Below, one piece after another: positions 38,987 through 51,035 of a stretch of DNA of 64,000 bases. This DNA comes from Callorhinchus milii (lineage: Eukaryota), in the NCBI RefSeq assembly GCF_018977255.1, contig NW_024704743.1, positions 11,534,001 to 11,598,000 on the forward strand. Direction: 5' to 3'. The number at the start of each line of letters is the position of its first letter. Position 1 is the first letter of the stretch. The notes beneath the pieces are model-generated. The model saw only the letters and a list, made by a program, of their open reading frames with translations, was not told where the DNA came from and searched no databases. The position numbers and the translations under genes are program-made.

Positions 38987-39045
38987 CTGCAGTATATCCA
39001 GGTTCACAGAAGCCCCACCTGTCGCCAGCACTTTGCTTTCCTTCC
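38987..39045 (-). CDS. XYLB: Xylulose kinase exon, 59 bp (KESKVLATGGASVNLDILQ)
   Basis: Acceptor GCCTTTTCTTCAG, donor CAG|GTAGGA; FGGY ATP-binding motif ATGGAS.N..ILQ. Confidence 0.95.
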
Positions 39046-40555
39046 CTGAAGAAAAGGCAGCAATAGGATCAGATGTAAAATAACCGTTCAAACCTCAGCT
39101 CAAGCAGAGATATTGGTTCTCAACCATTGCTTTTTAGTGCAATTGTATACTTTACTTTTGGAAATCCCATGGTTTCTGTTTTTCATTTCACGCATTCACA
39201 TGACACTTTATCCACGCACAAGACCCAAGGATTTTCTCGATCAATTAATAGAGAAATAATGGTAGTCAACTAGTAGAAGTAGATGCCTAAATATCAAGCA
39301 ATGCTTTTCTGGCCTTTCCCCACCCAATTATGGTATAATGTCATCACATTGTCTAGATCAGTAGCAAGTCTTTTAATTTTTTGGATGGCACCAATTCGCT
39401 GCCAAGGCAATGAATAACCAAAGGGTCTGGGTAATTGCAGCAATTTGTGCCATTGACTGAAGTTAAATATATCCACAGAGTATTAAAAAAAGATATTTGA
39501 TATAGCAACTCATCACATTAAAAAGTCGCAAACAGTTTACACAATGAGTTACATTGAAGTGTAGTTATATAGTGGCAGGTATTAGCTAAGGGAGAAGCTG
39601 AAAGGGTGTTAGTTGACTCTTCACTTACTATATCTAAACAGGACACAAACAAGGATGCTAGGCTACATTGCTAAATCAGTTGAGTTTAGATCCCCAGATA
39701 TCATATTCAGGCTGTACTCTGGTCAGACCGAAACTTGAATACTGCTTACAGGGTGGGTATTCTAGAATGATGAGTTTTAATGGAGACTGGAGGGTTCATC
39801 CAAAGACTTCATCCAAACCAATCTTATGATATTGTGAAGTTTAGAATCAAAATAATATGAGCTCTCCCCCACACCTCAGAATCGTCTAGGCAATAAATAA
39901 CTTTTATTTGATATAGTAACTTATCACTTCAAAAAGTCTGATTTTGTCTTGCCATTATTCCGAAAATGGCCATTAACATGAACAATGAAATTAATGGTGA
40001 TACGTTTTGTGAAATAAAAGTTATATAAAAAAAGCCACTCGTAAATTTGCAACAATCAATGCACATTTTGACTTTTATTTAACAGAATGTAAGCCAATTT
40101 ATTGAACTTGGTGATATCTACCTTGATTTTTATATAGTTGCAGTTCACAATATCAATATGCATAGCAAAATAACTTTTGTATAATTTAGTAGAACCTGGA
40201 ACATACTAGATAACACATCCTAATAGAACCTTAACCTGTGTTCCTTTGTGCAGTGGATTAAATCTGTGTGTTGCCTTGTCAAAACTCATTTTAAAATACG
40301 AGTAAAGATTTATTTATGTGGAAAATTGAGAATAGGAATATCTTCCAACCAAAAAGTGACATAGAATAAACAAAACACTTTTTTTAAATGAAGGGAATAA
40401 AAAATATTTTCTCACTGTTTTCACTAACATCTCTATCAAAATCATTTTTGCAATGATATACAATTCTGGATCATTCTTGATTTAATTCTTACATTTGAAT
40501 ATTTATATTGATCCTTATATTTCCTTGAGGACACAATGTATTTTGTTTATTTTAG

Positions 40556-40810
40556 GTCAGTTGGGTGTTTGACACATACAGAAACTAATCACCATGCTTA
40601 AGAGTAGCCAAACCAAACTGAGAGGTCCATGAATCCCACCTTCAGATGGAAATCCCAGAGATAGATTGTTGGAATGGAATGCACACTCTCCCTGGAGGGA
40701 TGTATTTTGCTCGTCTAATTCTGGTAAGTATTAGGCACGGGTTTGCAACAGCCAAGTCTTGGGGACCCCAGAGTGTGCATTGGGGTACTGCTGGAATTTA
40801 ACCAGCTAAA
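40556..40810 (+). mobile_element. Ingi/Vingi-like 5' leader copy
   Basis: Colinear with 29897-30145 (GGAAATCCCA.AGATAGATTGTTGGAAT.GAATGC...). Confidence 0.75.
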
Positions 40811-41967
40811 TTTGTTTTAATCAACCCCATCCTATATTTAGATGTGCTGCTACTGTAAAAATGTATTGAGGGACATTTATGATAGGAAAAGGAGCAAAGA
40901 TTGCAAAATGCGTTTTTAAGAGATGAAAAGAGGTTACAGTTTTTGCACATCAAGAGAAACAAAATCAACACCTCCAAGAGAGGGAAGAAGGGAAAAAAGT
41001 GGCCAATTTCTAAAATATCATAACTCCATCCATTACAATAGAACGCATGAAAGTGGCTGGCAGTTACAAAAATGCTTTAGCTGGTTTACAGCTCACCTCT
41101 GGCCTTTGATTTCTGTTTCTCCAATTAGCAGGCAGCCCACAGCTACAGATAAACACAAACTTTATCATACTGACTTCCACTGCCTAAACTTGAATATCTT
41201 TGCAATGGATAACCACAGAAAGGGCAATGAAATGGAAATCTGCAGCACTGAATGCTCAAAATTACATGCAAACTAGGGAAATGGTGTGGATGACCTTGTC
41301 AAATGAGGTCTCAGCTTGTCTCCAACAGATAAGGAATTATTCAGGATGCTGATGAATGATGACCAGGAAACTGCGAGGCATGTTGACAAAACATTTTGGG
41401 AAGGGGGTAGCGAGAAACAGAATAATAATCCTTGCATTTGTTATAGGACCTTATCACGACTTTGAGACATCTCCACATAGTTCACAGAATATAGTGTAAA
41501 GTTAATTGACTGTATATAGTGTGGGCTAAACGTGGGAGCCAATTGCGCACGGCAGGGCCCCACAAACAGTCATGGATTGATTAACCAAATTATTATTTTT
41601 GCAAAAAAAAGTGCAAGGAAAAAAGGGCCATATGCTTAAAACTTGACCTTTCAGCAACACAGAGGGCAAGGCCCAAGATCTTGCACTGTCACCAAAGTCA
41701 CGTTGTATGTATAAATGCAGCCAATGAAGCATCTGCTGAGAGTTGCATCTGAAAGGTTAATTGACAGATCAGTCTTTTGCACTTTATCCCACTGGAATTT
41801 TCCTATAAAGTACACTTGCAAAAAATTGAGTGGGATCATCCAAAATTATCCTTACTGCAAGAATCATAGATGGTGTGATCTATCCCAACTTTGAAATCAT
41901 ACATTAGCACCATCTCTGGCAGCAAAATTAGATACAGTTCTTCATTAAAAAGCTGCACATTCGTGCT

Positions 41968-42450
41968 ATGACCTGCTCTGCCCTCCCTCACCTCCACAAC
42001 ATCACCCAACTCCGCCACTGCCTCTCCCCTCAGGCCACTGAAACCGTCATACACGCAGTCATCACATCTAGGCTCGACTTCGCGAACTCCCTGCCTGTCG
42101 GCCTTCCGAACTCTTCCCTCCACAAGCTGCAGATAATCCAGAACTCTGCAGTTCGTGTCCTCTTCTGCACCAGGCTCCGTGCCCCTATCACCCTCACCCT
42201 CGCCCGGTTCCACTGGCTCCCCATCCCCCAGGGGATAGAGTTCAAAATCCTTGTTTTTAAAGCCTACCATGGCCTTGCTCCTTCCTATCTCTCTGACCTG
42301 CTAACCCCTTATGAACCTGTTTGTTCAGCAGGCTTCGGTCTGCTCCACGTCCCCCGTCTGGCCTATCCCACCATCGGCAGTCGGACCTTCAGCCTTTATG
42401 TCCACACCCTTTGGAACTCCATCCCACATTCGCTTCATCGGCTCAGTTCC
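41968..42450 (+). mobile_element. L2 fragment
   Basis: SRLDFANSL...QNSAVRV...FHWLPIPQGIEFKIL. Confidence 0.88.
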
Positions 42451-43484
42451 AGTCATTTCAAACTATACATTTCCTTCAACAACTAGCTTATCTTGTGAAT
42501 TAGCGCACCAAAACCAACAACATCAATCTCAGCATCACTTCCAGACAGATCATATTTGGCTATGGCATTCCCAGGAGCATCTCCACTATGGCAATTCTAG
42601 CAATACATTCTGTGTCACTCCTGGTATCATGTCCGACTGTGTAACATTCCCAATAATACATCTAGGTTACTTTAGAGGTCTAGTATAGAATACTAAATGC
42701 ATCAAAGCAAATATGCCTCTTTCAACACAGGAAACCTGGCCCATTTGGGATAGTCTGTTCCCATGGAATTATTTATTGCTATGGTTCATACCACAAGGGA
42801 CAGCACTGCGGTGGCTCTCATCTTAAACAATCTCTTCTTGATACGTTCCATCATGTTTTATGATTTGATACAAAGTTTTATCCCTGAACTCTCTTTAAAC
42901 TGTTCACCTTTACTCCCCATTGACACTGCTAAAATGATAGTCAATTCGGGTTGCTTGAAAAATGTCATAACACTCTGTGCTTTGATGTACTATTACAACA
43001 AACTGCATGAGTATTTACAACTAGCAGATCCCAGAAATAAATAAGTCCTTATTTATTTAGAAGAAACATGCCACTTTAAAATCATTGGACAGATTTTTTC
43101 ATTTCTTCACTTAAAGAAGCCATGTGAGCATGTAAGATTTACAATAAGAATAAATTGTTAACATATTCAGGTTGTCCCAGAAGATACTTATTTATTTTCC
43201 CAGCAAAAAACAGTATTACAAACCTGATTCCTTCTCCACTAAGGGTACTTTTTTCGTAAGAATAATTTAAAGTTAATACAAGTAGAGTAACAAACATGAT
43301 ACTAAGCCTGTCGACATCTATCCATACACGAAGGACTTACCTGGATAATGGAGGCCAGGCTGCAAGTTGATTGTAACAAAGAATTATAGATTTCTTACTG
43401 AACCAATCTAAAACACAGACCTGGCACAGGTGTGCTCTTTTATGTTTAAATATTTATCTTTACAAAAAAACATTGTGCGAAAAT

Positions 43485-43800
43485 GTTCTCACCTCCTCCT
43501 CTCCTGAAAGAGAATACCCCACCACTTGGTGGGTTCCATTTCCACAGACTCTTTTACCTTGTTAAATTGGCCATTCTTCGTGTGTCTAGACAGTGTGTTT
43601 CAGCAGCTATTTGACCATGGGATCAGGCTGTTACCTGAGGGCTACATATGCACCTCAGATAGGGTTACTGGACCTATGACTATGACTGATTTTCACCTCT
43701 AGTTCAGGAGCACTGAGACAAACTGTATTTCCCCACCAGTTCCCCTCGTGAGATCAGTTAATTCAGCCCATATCAAACCTGGGACATTATGGTCTTTTCT
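43485..43800 (-). mobile_element. Old SINE-like interspersed repeat (second copy at 52190-52470 +)
   Basis: The two copies share colinear blocks (GCT.AATT..TGAT.TCA, CACAC..AAGAATG.CCA.TT..CAAG, GGAG.GGAG..GAGAA); family not identified. Confidence 0.5.
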
Positions 43801-44309
43801 ATATCACTTAATATACATGATGTAGTACAGTAAAACTCGCATAAGTTTGTTTTGTATAAATTGGTTAATTGCTTAAGTCGTACATCTGCCCACGTCCTGT
43901 TCAAGAGTTTATATTTTATGTTTGACATAACTCATACTTCACATAAGTAATATTAAATGTATGGTACCAACTGATTCGACATGCAAGATTTACTCTACTT
44001 TAAAATATTTTCCCCCAAAGCATACAACCTAAAATTATATACAGCCTTTCATGTAGGAAGAACACCCGAAAGGTTCCATTTCTGTTGCTCTTCCTGCAGC
44101 TTTTGTAGCTGAGACAGCAGATGGGTGCTAAGCTCAGAGTCGCTATGTAGGTTAGTGCAGCCATCGTGGATAGATGTAGCAATGTAACCCGCTAAGGGGA
44201 TGAATTTAATTGATACTGAGGCTGGTTTCCAACCTGCTCTCATTGTTCAACATCATAGACCAGGTGCTGAAATACAAACTGTGAAAACTGTTGACTTGGC
44301 TGAGACTAG

Positions 44310-45112
44310 AAACTTGGCTAAGCTAGGAAAAGTAGTAAACAGTGAGGAGGATAGTAGCAGATTGCAAGAGGACATAGACAGATTAGTAACATGGGCCGAC
44401 ATATGGCAAATGAAGTTTAATGTGGAGAAATGCGAAGTGATGCATTTTGGGAGGAAGAATGAGGAGAGACAATATCAGCTGATGGTAAAGGAGGTGAAGG
44501 AACAGAGAGACCTGGGGGTTCATATAAGTAAATCTTTGAAGATGACAAGACAGGTAGATAAAGCTGTTAAAAAAGCATATGGGATACTAAGCTTTATAAA
44601 TAGGGGCATAGAATACAAAAGTCAGAAAATTATGATGAACCTTTATAAAACACTGGTTAGGCCTCAGCGAGAGACTGGGTTCAGGAATGAGGGACTTCAG
44701 TTATCAGGAGAGGATAGAGAAGCTGGGATTATTCTCCCTGCAGCAGAGAAGCTTAAGAGGAGACTCAATAGAAGTCTTCAAAATTATGAGGGGATTTGAT
44801 CAGGTGAACAAGGAGAACTGGTGGGTGAGTTGGTTAATCCGAGGAGACCGATTTAAAATAATTGTTAAAAGAAACAGAGGAGAATTTGTTTCACACAGCA
44901 AGTTCAGATCTGGAATACATTGCCTGAAAGGGCGGTGGAAGCCGATTCGATAACAACTTTTAAGAAACAAGTAGATAATTATTTGGGAGGTCAAGTTTGC
45001 AGGGCTATGGGGAGAGAGCGGGGGAGTGGGATTTGAATTGGATAGCTCTTTTCAAAGAGCCGGCGCAGACATAATGGGCCAAATGGCCTCCTTCTGTGCT
45101 GTATAATTCTAT
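44310..45112 (+). mobile_element. CR1 3' fragment
   Basis: KLGKVVNSEEDSSRLQEDIDRL..W...WQMKFNVEKCEVMHFGRKN; ATTCTATG tail. Confidence 0.92.
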
Positions 45113-46269
45113 GAAATGAGTTGTTGTCTACTGGAATTAACTGATATTTGGAATGTCATCTGTGCTGTTGAGCCAATTCAATGACATTTGTGTTCTGCCC
45201 AACCATATAGAATTTTGTTTGGAACCCATCAGGCATGAGAAGGGCTCTTGGTCAGTGCTGCCTGAAATGGTGTCAAATCATTAGAAGTGACAACAGAAGT
45301 CCCTCTTGAAGTCCTTAGTGACCCCCAGGTGGAACAACAGTCAACATTGCTCTTTCAGCTCCATTCAATTTCTTTGAACAATTTATTTTCCCTCCTCCAG
45401 CACTGGTTGCTGCACATAGAAGCACTTGGAGCTGCTTAAGGAGTTAAGTAGTCAATAGAATGCAGCTGAAATATCCATAATGAGGATTCTTGCTGTGTCA
45501 TATTTCTATTATTTTCAAAGCTCATTTGTTTCTAACGGGATTTTAGTTCCCTTTGCCAATGCTGGGAGTATTTTCTCATCTTCATGCTCTCATTCGTAAC
45601 AACTGATGCGTAAGCCAAGATTAAAAGTTCTACAGACCTTATAAGGTGTACACTGCAGGGTACCATCCAAGCACCAAAATTCTTGTACAAGTTCCTTTAT
45701 TTATGTATCATGCACCCAGTATGGATATTTGTATTCCAAGGGGTGCATGATTGTTAAGCTTATGTTTTTGTATCATGTCATGATCCACAGAGAGTCATGT
45801 ACTCATTCAGTCCTCTTATTTAGGAAACCTGTCCAAGTACTCAGAATAAAGGACTAATGAGGAGAAATTACTAGTTACCTGCAGGACTATAATCCTTCAC
45901 ATTTGTTAATGAATTGAGGGAATAGTATCCCTGACAACTGATGCTGCCTAGAATGTAGGTCTTCTATTTTAACTTGTGTGCAGTTTACCATACCAGCAAT
46001 GATATAAAACACATTTCTGAACTCACAAATATGGTAAAGATATGGTGGACATCTGCATTTAACCGTTCCTTAGTCATGGCATAGAATTGGACTTATAGAA
46101 GCAATTTTAATGGGACAAGAAACTTTCTTGTATATTTTTGTCAGATTTTCCCCTGCTATTACTGTCTTTTGATTAACGCGTAACATTCTCTTGGAACAAT
46201 TGTGTGGAGAGTATGAATTTGCAGGATTACTAATGATTGGCATTAGCACCACTTGGTCAATACGTGCCA

Positions 46270-47760
46270 GTTACTTTGATGCTTTATAGGTTCAAGTTCA
46301 ATGCTACCTACTCCATTTCCAGCAACAGGCAACTATCCTCCAGAGGCAGGTGGTGAGCAGGATCTTCTCAGAATACACAATAACCCTCTGTGGTGGTCTC
46401 AGTAATGAGGTTCTTAAGACAGGTGTGCTAAACTCCATGGCACATGAGAGGGGCAGACCAGTCACATGGGGTAGGGATTCTTCCCACTCAGCTCCTGTTA
46501 ACCCTGATAGCCAAGCCCTAAAACGTAGTGTGGTCCAAGCGGGAAAGCTTGGCAGACAGTGTTTTCAGTGGCAAGCTATGCAGTTTTAATTGGTTAAAAC
46601 TCCAGCAGTACCCTAATTCACACTCTGGATTCCCAAGCCTTGACTCCTGCAGCTGTCTGTACATGGAATTTTCAGTTCGGTTTGGATACTCTTAAATACA
46701 GTGATTGGGTTCCACCACACTGCTTCATCCTGGACTTCACAAATGGGCCAAAGGAAACCCCTCCACTACATACCTTGGTGTTCGGAACCATGAAAAGCTG
46801 TTGAACACACGTCTTATACAAAACCGCAACCTGCCCCACACTGCTCATGAGAACAGAATCCAGTCAAACCGCAGGACCCCAATGCATCTGATTTAACACT
46901 TGCATTTGAGCAGTGGCTATCTGAAGAACCATGTTAAAAACCACAGAAATCAGTGAGATTCCTCAGTAATTCTCAACTTCATTAATGATTCTTATGGGTA
47001 GATACCATCATTTCACTCTGGAATACTGATGGTCTGTGTGCACCTCAGAGAGAATCCTATTGAACAGTCTTAGAAGGGCAGCTCCAAACTAAGCTGACAG
47101 TTCCTGGCATTGATGTGTAAGAGCCCCCCGCCATGCTCCGTCCACTCTCTCAGAGCAGCTTTTATGAACTCAATATTAATACAGTCTGCATCTGCTACCT
47201 TACTATTAGCAATGCCGGATGCCACTTCCTCCCAGTGGACTGGATCATTAAGATCTTCAATCTGCTCAGCACTCCTGCCAGTTCTTTCACCCACCATCCA
47301 GATGAATCTCTTCTACAGCCTGTTTGTTGGGTCAGTTGCCAACTATCCTTTACCCTCTCTGGACTTTACTTTTTTTAGTTAATCCACTGATTTTCTTTTG
47401 GTCAGCCAAATATCTGACGCATGTGGAAACTATCGCTGTGCTTAAAAGTTTCCAAACCAAACAGAGTTCCATGTCACCTACGCATGGAAATTCCTGTGTC
47501 TCGAATGGAATAATGCTCTCTGCTAACCTATTTCTGGAGAATATTAGATGCAGGATGACAAGGGTCATGGCTTGGTGCCCCAGAATGTGCATAGGGGTAA
47601 CTGTTGGGAGTTAACCAGCTCGAACCGCATAGCTTGCCATTAAAAGCACCGTCTGTCACTGCTTGTCCAGCTAGTTCTATCCTTCCTGTTATGACTTTGG
47701 CTTATAGGGTTAAAGGGAGTTGAGTAGAAAGGACACTTCTCCCAGATGGTCCTCCAGAGC
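46270..47760. mobile_element. Scrambled Ingi/Vingi-like cluster: 5' leader (-) 46270-46708, putative C-terminal piece (+) 46720-46900, pre-RT piece (-) 47000-47395, 5' leader (+) 47400-47760
   Basis: Leader homology to 29897; LHKW motif; WEEVASGIANSKVADADCINIEFIK resembles the LINE 'EEV..AI..LK..KA.G.D.I..EFLK' motif. Confidence 0.55.
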
Positions 47761-47829
47761 TCAGTGGCTTTTGAGGAATCCAATAAAACCAAGTGTTGAT
47801 CCTCTATATCAACCTGAGCCGCTTCCTCT

Positions 47830-49985
47830 GAAAATGTTCCTAGTCCTACCTCCCACACTCCGCTACTCCCACTCTGTCCTTTTCTCCCTTCTCAACTTTT
47901 CTCTCTTCTAGATCCCACCATTACCTCACTCTGCTCCAGCCTGGGCATCCTCGCCAAGCCCATTATGGCTCCCGGCGTTGGTTGTCCCAGAGCAGCCACC
48001 CAACTTGTCACCATTGCTCACTCTCTCTGCACCAACCGCTTGAAAAGCAAACAGCCCTTCCTCATAACAACCCTCATCCATACCCTCTCTAACTCTCCCC
48101 CCTCCTCAAATTCCACGGTCATTTCTCCCCCACAACCTCCCTATATTCCCTATACCACTCTTTCCTCCATCCCACTCAACCAGCAAGCCTATGCACATTT
48201 CCCTCCAAAATGTCTGCTCCCTCTCCAATAAAGCCCTTAATATCCATGACCTTATCCTGGATGAGCACAGCGATATTCTTGGGTTGCGGAAACCTGGCTC
48301 TCCCCAATGACCCCGTCAACCTTGTTGAAGCCTCCCCTCCTGGCTACACTTTTCACCACATGCCCCACTGGGGCCCTCATCTCCCAAGCTTCCCTTGGTC
48401 TATCCCCCTATTCTTTAGGCTGTTTCTCTCTGTTCCTTTGAGCACCTCACCCTCTATCATCCCTCCTTTTTCTCACTCGAAATTCTCCTGGTAAAAACCC
48501 TCTGGCTCCTTCCTCTCCGATATCTCTGCTCTCCTCTCCTTCCTGTCCCTCTGCTCAGAACACCTGCTCATAATGGGCGACTTCAGTCTCCACCTAAACT
48601 CCCCCTGCACCACATCCTCAGATTTCACTGCCCTCCTCTCCTCCCTAACCTCACCCTCCAAATCAAATCGCCAATTCACAACCGTAGCCACCCCTCGACT
48701 TCGTCATCACACATGGCCTTCACATTTCCGACCTGTGCATCACGGACAAGGCCATCTTGGACCACTTCTTTATCTCCTTCTCCTCTCGATCCCTCTCTCC
48801 TCCATCAAACCCTCAACCACACTTTTCCGCCCATGGAAAAGGCTTCCCCCCCCCCCCCCAAGACCCTCACAAAGGCTCTCTCATCCTCAGATCTCCTATC
48901 CTTCTGGCCTTCCACCCGCAGCAACCCTGAAGCAGCTGTCAAGCTGCTCAATGATCGCCTCTCTTCCACCTGCAACTCTGTCATCCCCCTGAAATCCTCA
49001 CTTGGTTCGAGTCCTACCTTACAAACCGCCAGCACTACATTTCTGCAAATGGCTTTTCTTCTCGCTTCCACCCGGTCACCTGCGGGGTACCCCAAAGATC
49101 CATCCTTGGCCCCCTTCTCTTCCTCATCTATATGTTCCCTCTCAGTGATGTCATTCACAGATACAGGGTTAATTTCCACATGTATGCGGATGACACTGAA
49201 CTCTACTTTTCCACCTCCATCTGTGACCCCCAGTCCCCTGATGTTCTGTCACCTTGTCTGTCGACATCAAGAGCTGGATGAGTGCAAATTTCCTGCAGTT
49301 AAACATCAACAGCACCGGAAGCCATACTCTTTGGCTAGCGTCGATGTCTTCTGTCCCACAGTTCCGACCTCCTCAAACTACCTGACTTGTCCTTAAAACT
49401 CTCCGAAACCGTGCGCAACTAAGGCCTCAGGTTCGATCCCCAGTTATCCATCCTTCCCCACATCCGGTCCCTGACCATAACCTCTTTCTTCCACCTCTGC
49501 TACATTGCCAATCTCCGAGAATACCTCACCCCAAAAGCTTCTGAAACCCTTGTCCATGCCTTTGGCACCTCTCGACTAGACTACTCTAACACCCTCCTCG
49601 CCGGTCTCCCCTCCTCTACTATTCACAAAATTCAGCTCATTCAAAACTCCGCCGCCCGCACTCTCACCCTCACCAAACTTCGTACCCCGATTACTCCAGC
49701 CCTTGCCAAACTCCACTGGGTCCCTGTCACAGAGCAGATCAACTTCAAGATCCTCACTCTAGTGTTTAAACCACTCCATTCCTTGACACCCCCCTATCTC
49801 TCCAACCTCCTCTCTCCCCACAGCAGTACCCGCAGCCTCCGCTCTACTAGGTCCAGCCTCCTCTTCGACCATGCCTGCAGTCATCTTCCCCCTCACCCTG
49901 GCTCAGCCTCGGCCATTGTTAAGCACTCTAAGATGCCGTCCGGCGTGAAGGGTGCTAAATAAATGCAAGTTGTTGTTATTGTTGT
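47830..49985 (+). mobile_element. Internally deleted L2 retaining the endonuclease N-terminus and 3' end
   Basis: QNVCSLSNKA, EASPPGYTFHH.P, MGDFSLH, MYADDT, (GTT)n tail. Confidence 0.85.
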
Positions 49986-50265
49986 TAAGGCAGGCAGAGG
50001 GACTTCAGGGTGGAGTTCCAGAGAGTGGAGACAAATTAGCCAAAAACTAGGCTAACACCAACAAATTTATATTTATATTGTACCTTGCCTGTTGGGGAAT
50101 ATCCCAAGGGGTTGATGGCCACCCCACACTGGTGGTGGGTTGAGCGTGGACATGAAACAGTTCGATGCTTCATGCATCATTTGGTCTCAGAGAACAATGT
50201 CAGTAAGCTACCTGCCTGCTCTCTGTAAGGCTTATTGCCGGTTTTGCATCCTGACGGCAAATGCA

Positions 50266-51035
50266 AACAACAACAACAAAATGACATTAATAATTACAAT
50301 TAATAATCCCTCCAAAAACAATAATTAAATTGGTCATTTTCAATCTACGACTGTTTGTGGGACATTGCTGTGCGCAATTGGCTGCCGCGTTCGCCCACAA
50401 ATATAGTCAATTCACTTGACAGTGTGTTCTGTGAAGCGCTTTGGGACGTCCTCCTGACGTGAAAAGCGCTATATCAAATGCAAGGATTATTATTATTATA
50501 TTTATAGAGCACCTTTCACGTCTGGAGGACGTCCCAAGGCGCTGGACAGTCAGGGGTCAGGACCCGAACATGGGGGAGGGGTGGGGTAGTGGTGAGGGAA
50601 GGCAGAGAGATGGAAGGGTGACTGAAGGCACGATCAAAGAGGAGGGTCTTGAGACCGGCCTTGAAGGAGGCAAGGGAGGAAGCGAGGCGAAGGGACTGTG
50701 GGATGGAGTTCCAGAGTGTGGGGGCAGAGAGGCTGAAAACCCGTCCACCAATGATAGGGCAGGTCGAGCGGGAGACATGGAGCAGGTCGGAGCCCACTGA
50801 ACGGAGGGAGCGGACAGGTTGGTAGGGAGTTAGCAGGTCAAAGAGTCGAGCAAGAGTGGGAGTGATGGGGTCACGGAACTTGGTGCACAAGAGTACACAA
50901 GCTGCAGAATTTTGGATGATCTGCAGCTTGTGAAGGGAAGAGTTAGGAAGGCCGATGAGGAGAGAGTTTCCATAATCAAGCCTCGATGTGACGAATGTGT
51001 AGGTGAGGATTTCGGCAGTCTGAGGGGTGAGGCAG
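50266..51035 (-). mobile_element. L2 3' fragment with a + strand SINE (~50300-50498) inserted in its tail
   Basis: SRLDYGNSLL...LWNSIP...FKAGLKTLLF; tail split as AAATGACATT|SINE|ATTTATAGAGC. Confidence 0.88.
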
